A DNA stretch of 63,932 nt, counting the filler. It is 21 parts of 21 records of this genome, joined end to end, with 100 filler letters (N's around TTAATTAATTAA, not from the genome) between each part and the next. Parts side by side here need not be neighbours in the genome. Positions count along the whole stretch, not along the records: positions 53,250 to 58,363 come from SRR36015646_15327; positions 58,464 to 60,911 come from SRR36015646_15348; positions 61,012 to 63,932 come from SRR36015646_17268; 18 more parts are not named here. The stretch is one strand, 5' to 3'. Position 1 is the stretch's first letter, and every line of letters starts with the position of its first letter. The notes beneath the pieces are model-generated. The model saw only the letters and a program-made list of their open reading frames with translations, was not told where the DNA came from and ran no database searches. Both the position numbers and the translations under genes were made by a program. Shown here in pieces: positions 54,720-63,932 of the stretch.

Positions 54720-57700
54720 ATGGAACTGTTAAAACACATCGCAATCTTGCTGTTGGTATGCATATCCTGTATCATGGTAAACCACATCAATCTTCTATCG
54801 TGCAATGTGAGAGGTTTAATACACAAGCAGAACATGGTAAGCCAACACATACTTAGAAAAAAGGCACATATTAGCTTACTGCAGGAAGTTCATAAACTAA
54901 CCAAAGCAGAGGAAGATTATTGGAATACGAATTACAAGGGGAGAAGCTACTGGTCATATGGTACAAGAAACAGCGCAGGTGTTGCTATTTTGTTTAGTCA
55001 GAACATTTTAGACGACCTGGACATTGTAAGTGTAACAGAAATATATCCAGGACGGTGTCTCATAGTAGACTTTAAATTGAATGATATACTATATCGTGTA
55101 TGTACTATCTATGCACCAAATCTAGTCACAGATCGCAAAGCGTTCTATGCAGCAATAGCAACTGACATTATACAACATGTCGAAAATAATCCATGTGAAA
55201 ATTGTATTATAGGCGGAGATTTTAATATGATTGAAAGACTCATTGATAAGAAAGGCAATGCATCAATTTACAGCATGGCTGGGAGTGATGAATTCAGAAT
55301 TCTGAAAAATACCGATACAGGCTTACTACATGATGTATATGCAAAGTTGCAGCCAGATAAACAATCTTTTACATGGTACAATTACGACAAAACAATTGCC
55401 TCAAGACTGGATAGATTCTATGTATCAGACAACATACTGAAGAATGTCATATCAATTGAGCACACACCAAATGCAACAACGTTGTCAGATCATAGTAATG
55501 TTCTTATGAAAATGCTGGACATTAGCAAACAAACACGAGGGAAAGGTGTTTGGAAACTGAACAACAGCATTCTAGAAAATGTCGAAGTTATAACCGAAAT
55601 CCAGAACTTCATAACAACCTTCAGAAATCAAAAGATTAGGTACTTATCCAACACCATGGTATGGTTTGATAAACTAAAACTAGGATGCAAAAAAATTCTG
55701 ATCAGACACAGCATAGCAATAGCAAAGAACAGACGTGATGAATTGAAAGACCTGGAACAACAGCTGACCTCAAAGCTGACTAACTATAACAGTGGTACAC
55801 TACACAGCACAGATGAAATTACTAATCTACAAAATCAAATTGACACAATTACCACAGACAATGTTGAAGGGGCAAAGATCAGGTCTCGTGCAACATATTT
55901 CGAGAAAGGAGAAAAATGCAACAAATACTTCCTCTCACTAGAAAAACAACATCAGAAAAAGAAACAGATGAACTGCCTGTTAAACAAAAATACGGGTATA
56001 TATGAAACAGATGAAGACAAGCTGAATTCAATAGTTTACAACTACTATGCAGAACTTTACAGCGAAGAACAAGTGAGCGTCGCCGCTCAAGAAAAGCTCC
56101 TACAAAATATTAATAAACTAGGGGAAGAACACAAAAGCTTATGTGAAGGATTCGTAACTATGGAAGAATGTTATACTGCATTGACATCCATGCAAAACAA
56201 CAAAACGCCAGGTTCTGATGGGCTAACCAAAGAATTCTACATCGCTTTCTGGAAAGACATTGGGATGGAGCTCGTTGAAACTTACAACAACAGTTACCTC
56301 TGGGGAAAATTAACACAAACACAACGAGAAGCGATAATAGCGCTACTCTACAAAAAAGATGATCACAGAGATCTCATAAACTGGCGTCCAATATCGTTGC
56401 TAAATTGCGATTATAAAATTCTTTCAAAAGCACTAGCAAACAGACTACGTAAGGTAATAGCAAAGATCGCCCACCCGCATCAAACATGTGGAGTGCCAGG
56501 CCGGACCATTTTCGATAACTTATACACCATTCAAGACATCATAAACTTGACACAGGAAAAAGACGGCAAAGTAGCTATTATCTGTTTGGATCAAATGAAA
56601 GCCTTCGACAGGGTAAGCCACGCATGGCTCAAAAGAGTGCTAGAGAGATATGGTTTTGGGGAGTCATTCATCAGATGGATAGAAACACTGTATAACGACA
56701 TCAACAGTAAAGTAATGGTAAATGGGCATATAACAGAAAGCTTTCCGGTGACAAGATCACTTAGACAAGGTTGCCCTCTGTCAATGCTGCTTTTCATATT
56801 ATGTTCTGAACCACTAGCTGATATGGTGAGAAGTTGTAATAAAATTGATGGAGTGAAACTACCAAACAATGAAGAACTTAAAATGATGCAATACGCTGAT
56901 GACAACACAGCTTTCATCAGAAATTACAAGTCACTGAAACACATGTTTGATGTATTTACACTCTACGAACAAGCGTCTGGTGCAAAACTACATCCTCAGA
57001 AAACTGAAATCTTGCTTATAGGCAAATGGACAGAATTCGAGTTTCCGTGCAATCCAGAATGGGTAAGGACAAGTATAAAAGTTCTGGGAGTTTTTTTCTC
57101 AACCGACAATGTCGTCACTCAGAACTGGGATCCTCTTATGAAAAAAATTGAAGCTGCATTCAACATGTGGAAAGCAAGAGACTTATCATGGACAGGAAAG
57201 AAGGTCATAATTAACACCTGTGCACTGAGCAAATTATGGCATGTGGCAAGGATAACTGGACTACCCAACTTGTACAAAAAACGGCTAGATCAACTGGTTT
57301 TTAAATTCCTATGGGGCGGATCATCTGAACCTATAAGCCGGAAAACCATGTACATGAGCCCATCAGAAGGTGGTATCGGAATGGTGCATGTCGAATTAAG
57401 GATTAAGGCACTTCAAGCACACCGCTTGAGTCACGTAGAAAAAACAGAGAAACCTTGGCTACCATTCCTTGCTTATTGGGCAGGAATCAGCCTTCGCGAC
57501 CTAGACAGAAGCCTAGCAAGTAACCACCTGGCGCATGCAGAGCAAATGAATACGACTTACAAAAATATGGTGACAACGTACCGTAGTATACGTAGGGAAG
57601 TCGCAACATTCCAGTGGCGAAAATGCTCATCTAAACAAATCTATGAGGTGCTCAAAAACATAACACTGCAAGAAAATGTGCCTAAAATAGTTCAAAGGAA

Positions 57701-58214
57701 TCCGGACAAACCATGGACAGACATATGGTCCAACATTGCGCATCCTTGGTTGGAAAACAAAACGAAGGACTTTTGCTTTAAAGTAATACACAATGCCCTA
57801 TTCACCGGAGGAAATCGGATCAAATTTGGCATGACTCGCTCAGTAACAAATAAACGACTGGACAACTATTGCCATTTTTGTCACAAATCAGTGGAAACAC
57901 TTGAACATATCTTCATATTTTGTGAAAATCTGGTAAGAATGCGCTCCTCTCTCAGAAACAGATGCATAGAAGGAAATCACCAATACAACGTGTTTAAAAT
58001 AGACACAATGATCTTTCACCAACTAAGCACGGCACATAACAGTGGAAAGCGTGCAAATGTATTAATTGGACTCTATAAGCAAGCTATCTGGCTACACAGA
58101 AATAAAATTGAGTATGAAGATGCCGTCTTCAACGTGGAGGCCATAATAAAGCAATTCGAAACAAAAATAGCACTAGGAGACAAAATAAGAAATTATATTT
58201 TAGATCACAACTAA
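54720..58214 (+). CDS. LINE ORF2 (APE-RT-CCHC), complete
   Basis: SCNVRGL, LQEVH, GGDFN, SRLDRFY, SDH, KTPGSDGL, WRPISLLNCDYK, RQGCPLS, QYADD, CHFCHKSVETLEHIFIFC. Confidence 0.97.
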   Translation: MELLKHIAILLLVCISCIMVNHINLLSCNVRGLIHKQNMVSQHILRKKAHISLLQEVHKLTKAEEDYWNTNYKGRSYWSYGTRNSAGVAILFSQNILDDLDIVSVTEIYPGRCLIVDFKLNDILYRVCTIYAPNLVTDRKAFYAAIATDIIQHVENNPCENCIIGGDFNMIERLIDKKGNASIYSMAGSDEFRILKNTDTGLLHDVYAKLQPDKQSFTWYNYDKTIASRLDRFYVSDNILKNVISIEHTPNATTLSDHSNVLMKMLDISKQTRGKGVWKLNNSILENVEVITEIQNFITTFRNQKIRYLSNTMVWFDKLKLGCKKILIRHSIAIAKNRRDELKDLEQQLTSKLTNYNSGTLHSTDEITNLQNQIDTITTDNVEGAKIRSRATYFEKGEKCNKYFLSLEKQHQKKKQMNCLLNKNTGIYETDEDKLNSIVYNYYAELYSEEQVSVAAQEKLLQNINKLGEEHKSLCEGFVTMEECYTALTSMQNNKTPGSDGLTKEFYIAFWKDIGMELVETYNNSYLWGKLTQTQREAIIALLYKKDDHRDLINWRPISLLNCDYKILSKALANRLRKVIAKIAHPHQTCGVPGRTIFDNLYTIQDIINLTQEKDGKVAIICLDQMKAFDRVSHAWLKRVLERYGFGESFIRWIETLYNDINSKVMVNGHITESFPVTRSLRQGCPLSMLLFILCSEPLADMVRSCNKIDGVKLPNNEELKMMQYADDNTAFIRNYKSLKHMFDVFTLYEQASGAKLHPQKTEILLIGKWTEFEFPCNPEWVRTSIKVLGVFFSTDNVVTQNWDPLMKKIEAAFNMWKARDLSWTGKKVIINTCALSKLWHVARITGLPNLYKKRLDQLVFKFLWGGSSEPISRKTMYMSPSEGGIGMVHVELRIKALQAHRLSHVEKTEKPWLPFLAYWAGISLRDLDRSLASNHLAHAEQMNTTYKNMVTTYRSIRREVATFQWRKCSSKQIYEVLKNITLQENVPKIVQRNPDKPWTDIWSNIAHPWLENKTKDFCFKVIHNALFTGGNRIKFGMTRSVTNKRLDNYCHFCHKSVETLEHIFIFCENLVRMRSSLRNRCIEGNHQYNVFKIDTMIFHQLSTAHNSGKRANVLIGLYKQAIWLHRNKIEYEDAVFNVEAIIKQFETKIALGDKIRNYILDHN

Positions 58215-58236
58215 GGAATTAGCATATAGATAAAAA

Positions 58237-58363
58237 CCCGTGCATTATTCTAACCGTACTTGGGTGCCAAACCTAAGTTGCTCGGGTACTCAACCCGTGC
58301 ATTAGCCGTACTTAGGTGCCGAACCTAATTCCGTACTTAGGTGACGAACCTAAGTTGCACGGG
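58237..58363. repeat. Short tandem/palindromic repeat flanking the LINE 3' end
   Basis: CCGTACTTRGGTGMCRAACCTAA at 58254, 58306 and 58331, bracketed by CCCGTGCA...TGC(A/T)CGGG inverted motifs. Confidence 0.8.
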
Positions 58364-58463
58364 NNNNNNNNNNNNNNNNNNNNNNNNNNNNNNNNNNNNN
58401 NNNNNNNTTAATTAATTAANNNNNNNNNNNNNNNNNNNNNNNNNNNNNNNNNNNNNNNNNNNN

Positions 58464-59138
58464 ATTCCCGTTAATGTGGGCGATGGTGACACTTTACTTC
58501 GTGAAATAGAAAAGATGATAGAGAGAAAGCTAAAATGTTTAGAAGATGAGCTTAAAAAGACGTATGAACAAACAATCACTGAACTAAAGAATAACCACAA
58601 ACAGCTGGAGGAAAAATGCAACAGATTGGAATCACTTGTTCTTGAGCAACAGAAATATATGTTACGAATGGATAAAAAAGAGCGGGATAAAAAGATTGTT
58701 GTGTTTGGTATACCGGAAAAAGAACCCCTAACTATCGATAATAGAGAGGGAGTAAGCAACCGTGAAAAGGTTGATGTGATCCTGCAGAAGATCGAGTGCA
58801 GCAACTTGCCAGTTGCTGTTCACAGGATTGGAAAGAAGGTAGATGACAAGCCGCGGCCTATGATAGTAGAGTTTAGTTCATTCTATGGGCGTAATGAAGC
58901 CTTGCAGAAGGCAAAGAACTTGAAGAACATCACACCAAGATTATTCATTAAAGCGGACATGACAAATGGTGAGAGGAAGGAAAACGTTCGGCTCTTGAAA
59001 AAGAAAAATGACCTGATTGCTCAATATAAGGATGATACCAACACTCGTATCTACATAAAATGGCCGAAATTGTATGTCAACAATGAAGTTGTGGACGAAG
59101 CAAAATCAGACACGCAGGTTTTTATCACACAGGGCTAA
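58464..59138 (+). CDS. LINE ORF1 (coiled coil, RRM-like and CTD), 5'-truncated
   Basis: Heptad-rich N-terminal part, KKIVVFGIPE, HRIGK...PRPMIVEF, LFIKADMT..ER, LYVNNEVVD. Confidence 0.85.
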   Translation: MPVNVGDGDTLLREIEKMIERKLKCLEDELKKTYEQTITELKNNHKQLEEKCNRLESLVLEQQKYMLRMDKKERDKKIVVFGIPEKEPLTIDNREGVSNREKVDVILQKIECSNLPVAVHRIGKKVDDKPRPMIVEFSSFYGRNEALQKAKNLKNITPRLFIKADMTNGERKENVRLLKKKNDLIAQYKDDTNTRIYIKWPKLYVNNEVVDEAKSDTQVFITQG

Positions 59139-60911
59139 ATAATCATGAAACTATAAAAATAAAATGCTTGTTCTGGAACATAAACGGTCAGACAGATTTT
59201 ATCACTTCAAAACATTGTACATCACTTTTCTGTGAATGGATTATGAAGGAAAACTACGATTTGCTATTCTTCACTGAAACTCACCTTTGTAAAGGTCAAC
59301 AAGTTGTTATCACAGGATATACCGCAGTGCATAATTCATTTTCCGAAGCACATTGTCTTCACCCAAGGGGTGGGGTGTCAGTGTTCGTTAAAGATGACTT
59401 ACTTAAATACGTTGCTTCAATAAATACAAACGATCCAGATATGGTATCCTGCTATTTCAAATTTGACCAAACACTGTGTATAGCGTGTGTATATATACCA
59501 CCACATGACTCGCCTTACTATAACTCGGAACAATTTGATAGGATAGGGACGTTTCTGCAAGAGCACAAACATATGCCTACTGTGATCGGTGGTGATTGGA
59601 ACTCACGTGTCGGCAACCTGCGTAATAAACCATCCCTGAATGTGCAGTATGAGAAGAATGTAGACACTGTTAAAAATTGCCATGGAACAAAACTACTGAC
59701 CATTTGCAGTAACGTGGGCGCAATTATTGTGAACCATATGATTTACAAAGACAGACTATTTAATGGAGGTTTTACATTCCAAAGGGGCGAGTCAAAATCA
59801 CAGGGTGACCTTGTTGTTATTAATAAGCTTGGATTAAATTGCCTAGTCGACCAACATATTAACCATGTGGGATGGAGCCCATCCGACCATTTCTCAATTG
59901 CAACTACTTTGGAAGTTAAGAGGCAGAACCACCTTCTTCTAGCTCTAAAAGCGGCAAAGGACATAAACAGTGAATATACGACTAGCACTTTTAGAAAGGC
60001 GAAGAAGATAATTAGCAACAAAGTAGATTGGAATATCTATAACACGTTGGTCGAGAATTGTGTTCCTAGAATAATGCAAAACATGGTTTCTGCTACCACA
60101 GATTGTAACATAAACACCTGTGTTGATGATTTGTCGCAAACTTTGTACCAGGCTGCCCGATTGAGCCTAAATTCTTCCACTGTTAGAAACGAAACTGGCC
60201 AACATGTGTCGGATAATGAGAAAATTGATTTGCAAAATATGTGGAATAATGCGGATATTTGCTATCAGGAATATAACAGAAATCAGTCCATGGAAAATTT
60301 GGTGCAGTGGGAAAAGGCCAGAAAAGAGTCATTATCTGCAACTTACTCCTATCAACGGAAGGCAGAGAACGATCGCTGGAAATCTCTTGTTAATTCCGAG
60401 GACTCACGCACCTTATGGCAAAGCATAGACTGGAAGGGAAAACTGCATAAGGTTAAGCCTATCCAGGGAGGAGACGAACCGCCTGACGTCAACAGTCTAG
60501 CGAGCTGTTTTCAAGAAAAAAGCCGTTTGGAAGACAAATACAATGACTTGAAACACATACGGTCAAATGTGTACGTTCCAGTTCTAGACGACCCAATCTC
60601 TGCTGAAGAAATAACAGCGGCTGCTGACAAATTGAAGGATGGTAAGGCATCAAGTGATGGATGGTGCGCCTCCATGGTTAAAAACGTGCTAGGTGTGTTA
60701 ATGCCGATTTTGATACTATTAATAAACTGTATCTTTAAATCGGGGGCATATCCCTCTAGTTGGTGTGTATCCATTATCCAGGCTCTGCATAAAAAGATGT
60801 CGATTAGTGATCCGAACAATTATAGAGGAATTTCACTGGTGCATTTGTTAGCTAAACTCTATGACTTTATTTTATGTGAACGTTTCAAACTCTGGTTTAA
60901 GCCACACAACG
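59087..60911 (+). CDS. RTEX-like LINE ORF2 (APE plus start of RT); no in-frame AUG before the APE; 3'-truncated
   Basis: CLFWNING, FTETHL, GGVSVFVK, YIPPHDSPYY, GGDWNSRVG, SDH, LDDPISAEEI, NYRGISL. The frame opens after TGA 59084-59086. Clade call is tentative. Confidence 0.88.
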
Positions 60912-61011
60912 NNNNNNNNNNNNNNNNNNNNNNNNNNNNNNNNNNNNNNNNNNNNTTAATTAATTAANNNNNNNNNNNNNNNNNNNNNNNNNNNNNNNNN
61001 NNNNNNNNNNN

Positions 61012-63930
61012 AACATGTGGAATCAAAGGTTCCTTTACTTGGCGGCACTGAAAATATCTGCATGTGTCACATCGAGATACAAAATCCTCTATTTGTGCAT
61101 TCATACTCGGCCAAAACACTACGTCTCTTGCTCTTTGTTTGCACTTTTCGATGCCAAGATGACTTTGGTGTAGTTTCTGTAACGTTTCCCGCCTTAATGC
61201 TTCTGGGACTATCAGTCTCTCTCCTTTGAGAACCAAATTATCCTGCACTGTAATTTCTTCCTTGTAATCGTAATACGCTCTGATATCAGGATCAACATTT
61301 TTCTTGGCATCCGGCCATCCATGTTGAACTACCGATTTCAACTTTTTCATAGTTTCGTCGCTGTCCGTTGCACGCTTGAATTCATCCAGTTTCGAGTCGC
61401 TAATAGGTAACTGCTGAAGTGTGTGTATTTCGTATTCGTCCATAGTGTCTATTTTGTTGTCACTGACAAATGCGCGACTTAGAGTGTCGGCCACCACTAG
61501 TTTTTTCCCAGGAACATAACGAACCTGCAGATCATATGTCTGCACTTTTAGCATCATCCTTTGAATTCTAGGAGGTGCTTCTGAGATGCACTTCTCAAAA
61601 AGTCTCTCCAGTGGCTTATGATCCGATTCAACATCAACACTCTTGCCAAAAATATACTGATGGAACTTTGTACATCCGAAAACTATAGCCAATGTTTCCT
61701 TCTCGATTTGAGCATAGTTTTGCTCTGTCTTTGTCAGTGATCGGGATGCATATGCTATTGGCTTTTCATTTTGTAGCAAAACAGCACCGAGTCCTTGAGA
61801 TGATGCATCTACAGATACCGTGACCGGGGCGTTAACATCATAATACTGCAACACAGGTGTGCTTGTCACCATTTCTTGCAACTTCTGGAAACAACGTTCG
61901 TGCGAATCCATCCAGTGCCACTCTACTTTTTTCTCTAGTAGCTCTCTCAGTGGCTTACATTCATTCGAGAGGTTTGGCAAAAACTTTGCCAAATAGTTCA
62001 CCATGCCCAAAAATCGCATAACATCCTGTTTGTTCTCTGGCTTTGGCATCTCCAGGATGTCTTTAACTCGTTCGTTGCTAGGTTTTAAACCACTTGCTGT
62101 TATAATGTGTCCAACATATGGTACTTCCTTCACACACAACTTGTACTTGTCAGGGTTCAGTGTGATATTGTGTTTTCTTAATGCTTCCATCAACATACGG
62201 AGAGTCTTATTGTGTTCTTCAATATCACGACCCCAAATTAGAATGTCATCCATCACAACGTCACAGCAAGGGATTTGTTCAACCACACCAGAAATTCTCT
62301 TCTGGCAGATTTCTGGCGCGGATTTTATTCCAAATGGCATACGAAGATACTTATATCTGCCAAATGGTGTGTTGAATGTAGTGAGTTCTGAACTTTCATC
62401 GTCAAGTTTTGTCTGCCAGAAGCAGGCAGTCCCGTCGAAAACACTGAATACCGTAGCTCCGGGCAACTTTGTAGCTACTTGCTCGACCGTCTTCATTGGG
62501 TAATGCTCCCTCTTAATAGCTTTGTTGAGATCCCGAGGATCCAAGCACACACGTGTTTTATGTGGTTTCACTACAGCCACAAAACTGTTTACCCAGTCCG
62601 TGGGCTTATCCACCTTGACGATTATGCCATTCGTTTCCATTCGATCCAGTTCTTGTTTTACTAAAGGTAGCACCGGGTAGGGAATTTTCCTGGGTGCATG
62701 CACAACGGGCGCTGCATTCGGATCTATCTTAATGTGATATTCACCATCCATACAACCAATTCCGGAAAACACGTCACTATATTCATTTATAATGCGCTCG
62801 GCTTCATTCGGCCCTTCTGAATCCGTTCCCGACGTTAGGGAATACACTCTCTTAACCAAGTTCAGTTCGAGGCTACTTTCCAGTCCTAGAACTGGCGTTA
62901 CATTTCCTTCAACAATTGCGAAATCAAGCGTATAATACCGCTGTTTGTGACTAACACACAATGTATCCTTCCCAACGATTGGTATTTTGTGTCCCGAGTA
63001 CGAAACTAGTCTCGCTTTTGACTTATGCATAGGCCTACCCGTCTTCCCAACTTTATCGTACATGTTTTTGGGAAGCGTATTGCATTGTGCACCTGTGTCA
63101 ATTTTGAAGTTCACCACGATATCGTTAACCCGCAGTTCAATCATCCAGTCTTTGCCATTTTTAGTGCACCCTTTTTCCGAAACACAGTGCATGTAGAACA
63201 TATCCGAGTTATTGTCTATTATATCCGATGAAGACAGTTCAGGTGAAAGTGCGGCCGGATTATCCACAGTATCTACTTTCACTCTTGTTGAACGACACAT
63301 TTTTGCAAAGTGATTGTCTTTGCTACATTTTCTGCATTTCTTACCAAACGCTGGGCATCTTTGCGGCGCATGACTATAGCCACAATAAACACAATCTTTA
63401 ACAAAGTTATCCTTGTTACGTACACCGTCCCAATGTTTTTTTCGCGTGGCAGTTTGTACGACGTGCACCTGGTCTTCCTGCTTATTCGAAAGTTCTTGTA
63501 GTTGCTTTACGCTCACCTCCGCTGCACGGCAAATATCCATAGCTTTGGCTAATGTCAAATCAGGTTCTCTCAGGAGGCGGGCTCGCACCGAGTCATTTCG
63601 GACCCCACAAACAACGCGGTCGCATATTAATGACTCTTGCAGTGGGCCAAATTCGCACGTTTTGGCTTTGACTTTTAAATCGGTTACGTACATGTCTATG
63701 GTTTCTGATGCACTCTGTGTTCTCGTATTGAAAATGTGTCGTTCATATGTTATGTTTTTTCGAGGATTACAGTACTCTTCGAATTTCTGCAGTATCGTGT
63801 TCAAATCCTCTTTGGCGTTTTCGGGATTTGGCGGCCAGTCAAACGTATTGTATATTTCCAGTGCATCGCTACCGATCACATGTAACAACGTCATTGCTTT
63901 TACTTGGGCGGTTTTATCTTGTAGGCCGCT
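61012..63930 (-). CDS. Ty3/Gypsy (Mag-like) single-ORF gag-pol, truncated at both ends
   Basis: CVYCGYSH...CPAFGKKCRKCSKDNHFAKMC, IDTGAQCN, CLDPRDLN, MPFGI, VMDD, VDASSQGLG, YAQIEKE, HQSHLG..CDTC. Confidence 0.96.
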
Positions 63931-63932
63931 GG

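Larger units (their letters stand above)
53250..58236 (+). mobile_element. Near full-length L1/Tx1-like LINE
   Basis: About 250-nt 5' leader, intact ORF1 and ORF2, then a very short 3' UTR ending in AAAAA (58232-58236). Confidence 0.9.

Noticed and set aside
2727-61011. Regularly recurring TTAATTAATTAA motif, and ORFs ending in X-runs or LIN
   Set aside because: Artificial linkers. ORF ends inside them are artefacts, and gene neighbourhoods across them carry no biological meaning.
50082-63501. Antisense ORFs of 60-220 aa opposite pol/ORF2 genes (e.g. 51153-51821, 62003-62503), and similar ones across the window
   Set aside because: Shadow ORFs from sense-strand codon bias, with no motifs.

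Overview
This is not one contiguous locus. It is 21 short contigs (about 2-5 kb) joined by 20 identical artificial 100-bp linkers (N44-TTAATTAATTAA-N44, stop codons in all six frames), so nothing can be inferred from adjacency across linkers. The content is eukaryotic, probably an invertebrate animal (inference from the TE families), and is dominated by transposable elements: a Neptune-type Penelope-like element, four L1/Tx1-like LINEs (one essentially complete), an RTEX-like LINE, a GalEa-like Copia, three Gypsy fragments plus an env-like ORF, two Ngaro-type tyrosine-recombinase retroelements, P-element, Academ-like and pogo/Tigger transposases, a foldback/MITE and a 41-bp satellite. There are three host-like intronless ORFs: an F-box protein, a frameshifted ankyrin/FEM1-like gene and an orphan type II membrane protein. 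The best leads are signals the ORF track hides. (1) A Gypsy-like element has an in-frame gag UGA-CUAG stop plus a stem-loop (readthrough candidate) leading into two tandem retropepsin domains. (2) The Penelope-like element has an unannotated upstream CCCH zinc-finger ORF joined to the AUG-less RT frame by a U_UUU_UUG -1 slip site, and a U3-A8 variant minimal hammerhead ribozyme at its 3' end. (3) A LINE has a G_GUU_UUU -1 slip site at its ORF1/ORF2 junction. (4) An Ngaro element has UUU_CGN +1 slip motifs at gag/pol. All recoding and family calls come from reading motifs by eye; no database search was run.
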